Positions 59,510 through 64,000 of a DNA stretch of 64,000 bases are shown piece by piece; within the stretch, counting starts at the first letter, position 1; every line of letters begins with the position of its first letter. The notes under the pieces were generated by a model. It ran no database searches, was not told the DNA's origin, and saw only the letters and a program-made list of their open reading frames with translations. A program made the translations under genes and the position numbers. Source of the stretch: Fimbriimonadia bacterium (GTDB lineage Bacteria; Armatimonadota; Fimbriimonadia; Fimbriimonadales; JABRVX01). The stretch lies in the NCBI GenBank assembly GCA_041483895.1, contig JBGPGO010000015.1, positions 1 to 64,000 on the forward strand, in the 5' to 3' direction.

Positions 59510-59818
59510 GTGGTCGCGAAAAAACTGATCATCAGCCGTGATGCTCGGCGAGATTTGCTAGAGATTTACAAGTATCTTGAGATTAAGAGTGGAAATCCTT
59601 CGTCCGCATTTCGGGCGCTCCGGGCGATCTATCGGGAATTGCAGCGTGTGGGCCGTTCGCCGGGTGTTGGCCATATCCGAGAAGATTTGACGAAGAAGCC
59701 TTGGAGGTTTTGGAGCAAATTCAGTTATCTGATTGCGTACGAAGAGCAGGAAGCGAGCGTAACTGTCTTTCGCGTCCTTCACGCGGCGCGTGACCTACGC
59801 CGGTGGCTCGAGGGTTAA
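59510..59818 (+). CDS. ParE/RelE family toxin
   Basis: ARRDLLEIY, PGVGHIREDL and YLIAY..RVLHAARD motifs. Confidence 0.88.
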   Translation: MVAKKLIISRDARRDLLEIYKYLEIKSGNPSSAFRALRAIYRELQRVGRSPGVGHIREDLTKKPWRFWSKFSYLIAYEEQEASVTVFRVLHAARDLRRWLEG

Positions 59819-59827
59819 GGATTTCTT

Positions 59828-59850
59828 CCTTCACAGTCGCACTGTGAAGG
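59828..59850. repeat. REP-like palindrome CCTTCACAGT-CGC-ACTGTGAAGG
   Basis: Same element as 4560. Confidence 0.9.
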
Positions 59851-59861
59851 GAGCACTTTCC

Positions 59862-59917
59862 GTAGCCGTGGGTCGAGTTGGCAGTCGCTTTCAGCTGCCC
59901 ATAGCCAAGACCCACGG
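59862..59917. repeat. GTAG-initiated REP-like hairpin
   Basis: GTAG + CCGTGGGTC ... GACCCACGG with an inner GGCAG/CTGCC stem. Confidence 0.55.
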
Positions 59918-59940
59918 TGACCGTGCTGCAGCGAGGGCCT

Positions 59941-61815
59941 CTATTCTAAGAAATACCGCACGTTTGTGACCACGACGTTGCGTCTTCCTCCAAGCGCAAA
60001 CTTCAGTTGAAATGCTAAGTTCTCTTGGAGGAAGCGGTGATACCATTTCGAGGGCACCGCCTCAGGAACAATCACGGTGACGGTCTCGTCGGGAAACTCC
60101 GCCCGCATTTGGTCCACGTATTCGAGGATCGGATCGATCAGTGATCGATAGGGCGAATCAAGGATGATGAGCGGCACTCCTGAAGCGAACAGATCCCACT
60201 CCTCCTTGATCTCAGGAACGGTCTTCGCATTGATCGAAACGTGGATCGCTCGGACCTCGTTGGTATGGAGACTGACGGCATAATCCAAGGCTTTTAGAAC
60301 ACCGCGGTGGATTCGCGGTACAAGAACTAGGACAGAGTTGGTTGTTGCGATTCTCGAGGGTTGAAGATCGGCCCCAAGTTGCGTGGCAATGAAGTCGTAG
60401 CGGCCCTTAATTAGCCGAAAGCCGACATAGAAGGCCAGCGTCAACACCGCGATCAGCCACGCGCCTTCGGAGAATTTCGTAACAAGAAGAACGATCGTCA
60501 CGATCCCTGTGATGAGACCGCCAACGGTGTTAATTATCATACTAAAGCCGTGACCAGGCTCCCCGATCTTTCTCCAATGCGCCACCATGCCGGCTTGCGA
60601 TAACGTAAATGCGGTAAACACCCCAACCGCATAAAGTGGCAGCAGCTGATCCAGCTCACCATGGTATACCCAGACAAGAACTGCCGAAGCCAGCGCAAGA
60701 AGTAGGATTCCGTTTTGGAACACCAGCCGGTCACCCTGCCGGGCCAGCGAGCGCGGCAAGTAACCGTCGCGCGACAACAGGCTCGATAACCTCGGAAAAT
60801 CCATGAAGCTTGTATTCGCCGCCAGAATCAAGATTGCGGCCGTCGCGAACTGAACAAAATAAAAGAGTCCGCTGCCATGCCCAAAAGTCCAAGCCCCAAT
60901 CTGAGCGACGAGCGTGGAATATGCGGGATTCTTCGTTGCATACAGCTCGATGTGAGGCAAATGCAATGCGATATAGCCAAGACCCAAGAACAATACCGTC
61001 AAAATGGAAGCCATAATCAGAAGCGTGCGGGAGGCATTTCGAGCTTCCGGAGGCCGAAAGGCGGGAACACCATTGCTCACAGCTTCTATCCCCGTCAACG
61101 CGGTGCAGCCGGCCGCGAAGGAGCGCAAAATGATGAACAGCAAAGGAAAACTGGCCTCACTCCCAATTGCGCCGGGCTCCGCGACGATCGTCTGTGCTCC
61201 GCCGGGCGTGTGCGCAGCTTTATAAACTCCAAAGGCCAAGAGCAGCAGCATCGCGACCAAGAACCCGTATGTCGGCAACGAAAACAGCGCTCCGGATTCT
61301 CGAACCCCCCGCAAATTCCCGAATGCGATCACGGCGATACACATAACGCTGATTGGCACGAGTAAGTGATGGAGCGCCGGGTACGCCGACACGATCGCCG
61401 CGACGCCGGCCGCAACCGACACCGACACCGTCAACACATAGTCGATCATCAGCGCGGCGCCGGCGATCAGACCCGGCGTTTCTCCCAAATTGCTGCTTGC
61501 AACAATGTAAGAGCCGCCGCCGCCTGGATAGGCATAGATCGTTTGCTTGTAAGACCATGCCACGATCCCGATCAATAGAGCGATGGATAGGGACAGCCAA
61601 AACTGCAACCCGGCAAGGCTCGCCGATGAGAGAACAAGGACGCTCAGGATCGCCTCGTTCGCGTAGGCGCTGGACGAGAGATTGTCGGAAGCGAATACCG
61701 GCAGGCCGGTCAGGATGCCGAGACGTTCGTGGTGGGCTTCGGCCGTGGGAATGGGCGCGCCAAAGAGGATACGCTTGAGTTGCCGAAAGGGAGAAACGCG
61801 GACCTCCACACCCAT
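59941..61815 (-). CDS. APC family permease, KimA/YdaO-like potassium transporter
   Basis: FASDNLSSSAYANE, YPGGGGSY, DYVLTVSVSV, GIEAVSNG and LYAVGVF motifs; cytosolic SPYRSL domain. Confidence 0.9.
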   Translation of the reverse strand: MGVEVRVSPFRQLKRILFGAPIPTAEAHHERLGILTGLPVFASDNLSSSAYANEAILSVLVLSSASLAGLQFWLSLSIALLIGIVAWSYKQTIYAYPGGGGSYIVASSNLGETPGLIAGAALMIDYVLTVSVSVAAGVAAIVSAYPALHHLLVPISVMCIAVIAFGNLRGVRESGALFSLPTYGFLVAMLLLLAFGVYKAAHTPGGAQTIVAEPGAIGSEASFPLLFIILRSFAAGCTALTGIEAVSNGVPAFRPPEARNASRTLLIMASILTVLFLGLGYIALHLPHIELYATKNPAYSTLVAQIGAWTFGHGSGLFYFVQFATAAILILAANTSFMDFPRLSSLLSRDGYLPRSLARQGDRLVFQNGILLLALASAVLVWVYHGELDQLLPLYAVGVFTAFTLSQAGMVAHWRKIGEPGHGFSMIINTVGGLITGIVTIVLLVTKFSEGAWLIAVLTLAFYVGFRLIKGRYDFIATQLGADLQPSRIATTNSVLVLVPRIHRGVLKALDYAVSLHTNEVRAIHVSINAKTVPEIKEEWDLFASGVPLIILDSPYRSLIDPILEYVDQMRAEFPDETVTVIVPEAVPSKWYHRFLQENLAFQLKFALGGRRNVVVTNVRYFLE

Positions 61816-61963
61816 GAAACAACCCCTTCCGTTACCTAGATGGTGTGCCGGCGCTTGACTGCGGTAAGGCAGTTCGAACGCCTTTGTTGGTTGTCAGCCG
61901 TTGGGCCGCGACCAGAAAAGTATCGGAAGCATCGTACCAGCCACCCGAGCCGGCATTGGGCGA

Positions 61964-61982
61964 TCTTTATGAAATCTTAATG
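61964..61982. promoter_or_regulatory. Direct repeat TCTT(T/A)ATG with 11-bp period, putative OmpR/KdpE-type box
   Basis: 61964-61971 and 61975-61982, about 27 nt upstream of a TACGAT -10 on the kimA-like strand. Confidence 0.45.
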
Positions 61983-62107
61983 CCCTATGCGGAGCGCCGG
62001 CACGGGGAGCGCTGGCATCCTGCCGGCATTGATCTCCCTGCACAATCCCCAATGTGAAGGACTTCGCAGCAGGTTGCCGGCGTGGGTCCCGACGAAGGGT
62101 CCAAATA

Positions 62108-62130
62108 CCTTCACAGTCGCACTGTGAAGG
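62108..62130. repeat. REP-like palindrome CCTTCACAGT-CGC-ACTGTGAAGG
   Basis: Same element as 4560 and 59828. Confidence 0.9.
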
Positions 62131-62136
62131 CATTCC

Positions 62137-62907
62137 CTACCCCAACGGCTCATCCGAAACGATCAAGAAGTCGTACTTCGTACGAAGCATATCGGCCTCG
62201 CCGTCGAGTACACGTTTCACTGCCCAACCGGTAACGAAGTTCAGCGCCCCATTCTTGTCAATCGCCGGGCCCCACTCGTGCCCGACCCATTTCAGGCCCT
62301 TGTCCCGAATAGCTATCTCGCCGATCAGCGCGCCCATTCCGGCAATCAAGAAGTCACGCATGCCCGAAGGCTCCTTCTTGATCCGCTTGGCCATACCGTC
62401 CAAAGCATCGATGGAGATGGGCCGATAATCGACCAGTACACCATATCGATCCTTGGCATATTCGATGAACAGCTCGGCCTGGAATGCCATCCAGTCTGGG
62501 AGTGGGGCGCCGGGATTGGTGATGGTGGAATAATATTGTAACTGAAGGCACTCCTCCATCCCGCCATGCAGCCGGGTCGCCGCTGAGGTGATAGGTTCGA
62601 GAGAAGCGGAACCTCGTCCCTCTTCCGATCGAACTTCGTGCTCGCCGACCCAGCCCCAGCCGTGGGTGTGCACATAAATCTCGCCATGAATCTGCCCAAG
62701 CGTGCCGATCATGGCGTGTCTCGGATCGTCTGGTAATTCGCCCCCCGTTCCCAAGACATCGTCGATCTTCTTAATAGACGCAGGACTCAGGTCCAACGGG
62801 ACCTTGTACTGCTCCTTTGCGTAGGCGATGTTGAACAGCACCGGGTCCTCCGGCATCTTCGCACCCTGCCCATTGCCTCCAAACAACCGCTGCAACTTGT
62901 CCCACAT
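62137..62907 (-). CDS. Hypothetical protein with two internal DUF3806-like repeats
   Basis: LDLSPASIKKID..LGQIHGE..GWGWV and VDYRPISIDALD..MGALIGE..GLKWV. Confidence 0.75.
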   Translation of the reverse strand: MWDKLQRLFGGNGQGAKMPEDPVLFNIAYAKEQYKVPLDLSPASIKKIDDVLGTGGELPDDPRHAMIGTLGQIHGEIYVHTHGWGWVGEHEVRSEEGRGSASLEPITSAATRLHGGMEECLQLQYYSTITNPGAPLPDWMAFQAELFIEYAKDRYGVLVDYRPISIDALDGMAKRIKKEPSGMRDFLIAGMGALIGEIAIRDKGLKWVGHEWGPAIDKNGALNFVTGWAVKRVLDGEADMLRTKYDFLIVSDEPLG

Positions 62908-62937
62908 AGGCTGCTTATACCCTGGAATTGTTTTCCA

Positions 62938-62959
62938 TTCACAGTCGCACTGTGAAGGG
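62938..62959. repeat. REP-like palindrome TTCACAGT-CGC-ACTGTGAA
   Basis: Same element with a slightly eroded left arm. Confidence 0.85.
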
Positions 62960-62967
62960 CGATCGCG

Positions 62968-63253
62968 CTATCTTTTCGCGCGACGGAGGGCGGTGCGGAG
63001 GGCGCGGATTTCGTCCCGGAAGGCGCGGGATTGCTCACCGCGGATGTCTAGGTTCTCCAATACCTCCTCGCAAGCGTCCCGCAGATCGCCTGCTGCCGAA
63101 TAACCTCGCCAACCTCTCCGTGGCCTCGACGCTCCCCTGGTCCACCACCTCGCATATCCCCGGGATGACAAACGTTCCATTCGCCAACTTCTCGGCCGCC
63201 GGCCAACTCGACGCAAGAAGAAAGATATATGTTTGCTTGAACGCATATCTCAT
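62968..63253 (-). pseudogene. Small phage-like gene with a 1-nt frameshift near 63097
   Basis: MRYAFKQ..ERLARLF in one frame joins AAGDLRDACEEVLENL..RRAKR in another; resembles the ARLIAAAPDLLEAC pattern of phage proteins. Confidence 0.5.
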
Positions 63254-63355
63254 TTCTGCGATCAAATTCAAAGGTGGATTTTGTGAGCTATCCTGCCACC
63301 AATTTAGAACCACTTGTTAACTCTTTTTTCGATATAGAGTAAAAAACACGTAAGT

Positions 63356-63387
63356 ATACCAGTACAACAATCGAATAGTACTGGTAT
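63356..63387. promoter_or_regulatory. Perfect 10-bp inverted repeat ATACCAGTAC-N12-GTACTGGTAT (operator-like)
   Basis: Lies in the AT-rich divergent intergenic region. Confidence 0.6.
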
Positions 63388-63597
63388 TATTCTGAGAAGC
63401 CCATTTCTAGGGCAAACTGAAGAGAGGAAACCCCGGCGCTGGGCGCCAGGGCTCCTCAGGTTTTGAAAGAACAACTCATTATACAGCCTGAGAGCTCGTC
63501 CAGTGCCGGGTAAGCAATAAAAATCATGTTAGAGACGAAACAAGAAAACAACACAGAAGTTATCCGGTCGGGTCAGGTGGGAAGGAATAGGGACGAC

Positions 63598-64000
63598 ATG
63601 ACAACAGGCAGGATTGCAGCACCAGTAGGTTCGATTTGGGCGTACCCGCGAAAGAGCGCCTTTCGAAAATTAGCGGATCAATTCCAATTGAGAACTGGGA
63701 TTACAGAATTGGTCGATAACGTCGTGGACAATTTCCATCGGTGCAGCCAGTTCGGCAATCATTCGCCCTCAGAGCTGCGAATTGATATTCGCATCTCGCC
63801 AGAGCGGGTCGAAATATTCGACAACTCAGGTGGCGTGCAGCCAGAAGAGCTTGGGAACCTTGTGACGCTGGGCGCGGCAAGCGAAACGCCGAACCGCATT
63901 GGAGTTTGGAGTATGGGCTTTAAGATGGCCACGCTCGGAATCGGCTGGACCACAGAGGTCACTTCGACTCCATACAACGGCGCCGACTACTATATCGACG
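63598..64000 (+). CDS. GHKL (HATPase_c_3 / MORC-Hsp90-like) ATPase, partial, runs off the window
   Basis: Manual translation gives ITELVDNVVD, IFDNSGGV and IGVWSMGFKMA; frame open from ATG 63526; absent from the ORF track because it has no stop. Confidence 0.85.
   Translation, partial: MTTGRIAAPVGSIWAYPRKSAFRKLADQFQLRTGITELVDNVVDNFHRCSQFGNHSPSELRIDIRISPERVEIFDNSGGVQPEELGNLVTLGAASETPNRIGVWSMGFKMATLGIGWTTEVTSTPYNGADYYID

Noticed and set aside
61816..62100. c-di-AMP (ydaO) riboswitch upstream of the kimA-like gene
   Set aside because: The conserved GCTGAA..GGAACC..CAGCTAAC-type segments were not found on the sense strand by eye
59828..62959. CRISPR array or integron attC array made of the 23-bp palindromes
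   Set aside because: Spacing is irregular and gene-sized, there are no cas or intI genes, and the element is too short and perfect for attC

Overview
GC-rich bacterial chromosome segment. It is most likely Armatimonadota, inferred from a PEP-CTERM protein, a prepilin-type N-methylation protein with a small lipoprotein, and a secreted protein with a C-terminal dockerin-like module. Core and metabolic genes include glyA, rpiB, thiolase, ABC-F, tpx, glnS, tRNA-Met/Ala/Gln, a heavy-metal RND efflux operon, an ArsR/SRPBCC operon, a Rieske/cytochrome b/nonaheme cytochrome c operon, a large carbohydrate-use region (GH172, GH38-like, sugar ABC, galM, GH116, sialate O-acetylesterase) and a KimA-like K+ transporter. 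The most notable structures are: (1) an integrase-less array at 3.4-6.2 kb in which two full tRNA-Met copies and one 3' fragment alternate with zinc-ribbon membrane-protein genes, two of them sharing a conserved leader; (2) a Cys-rich RAPP-motif leader ORF in front of the metal-efflux operon; (3) several REP-like palindrome families, one inserted in-frame in proteins; (4) many apparently leaderless gene starts; (5) several decayed TA/nuclease genes, and a GHKL ATPase at the right edge behind an operator-like inverted repeat. All calls come from motif reading by eye; no database searches were run.
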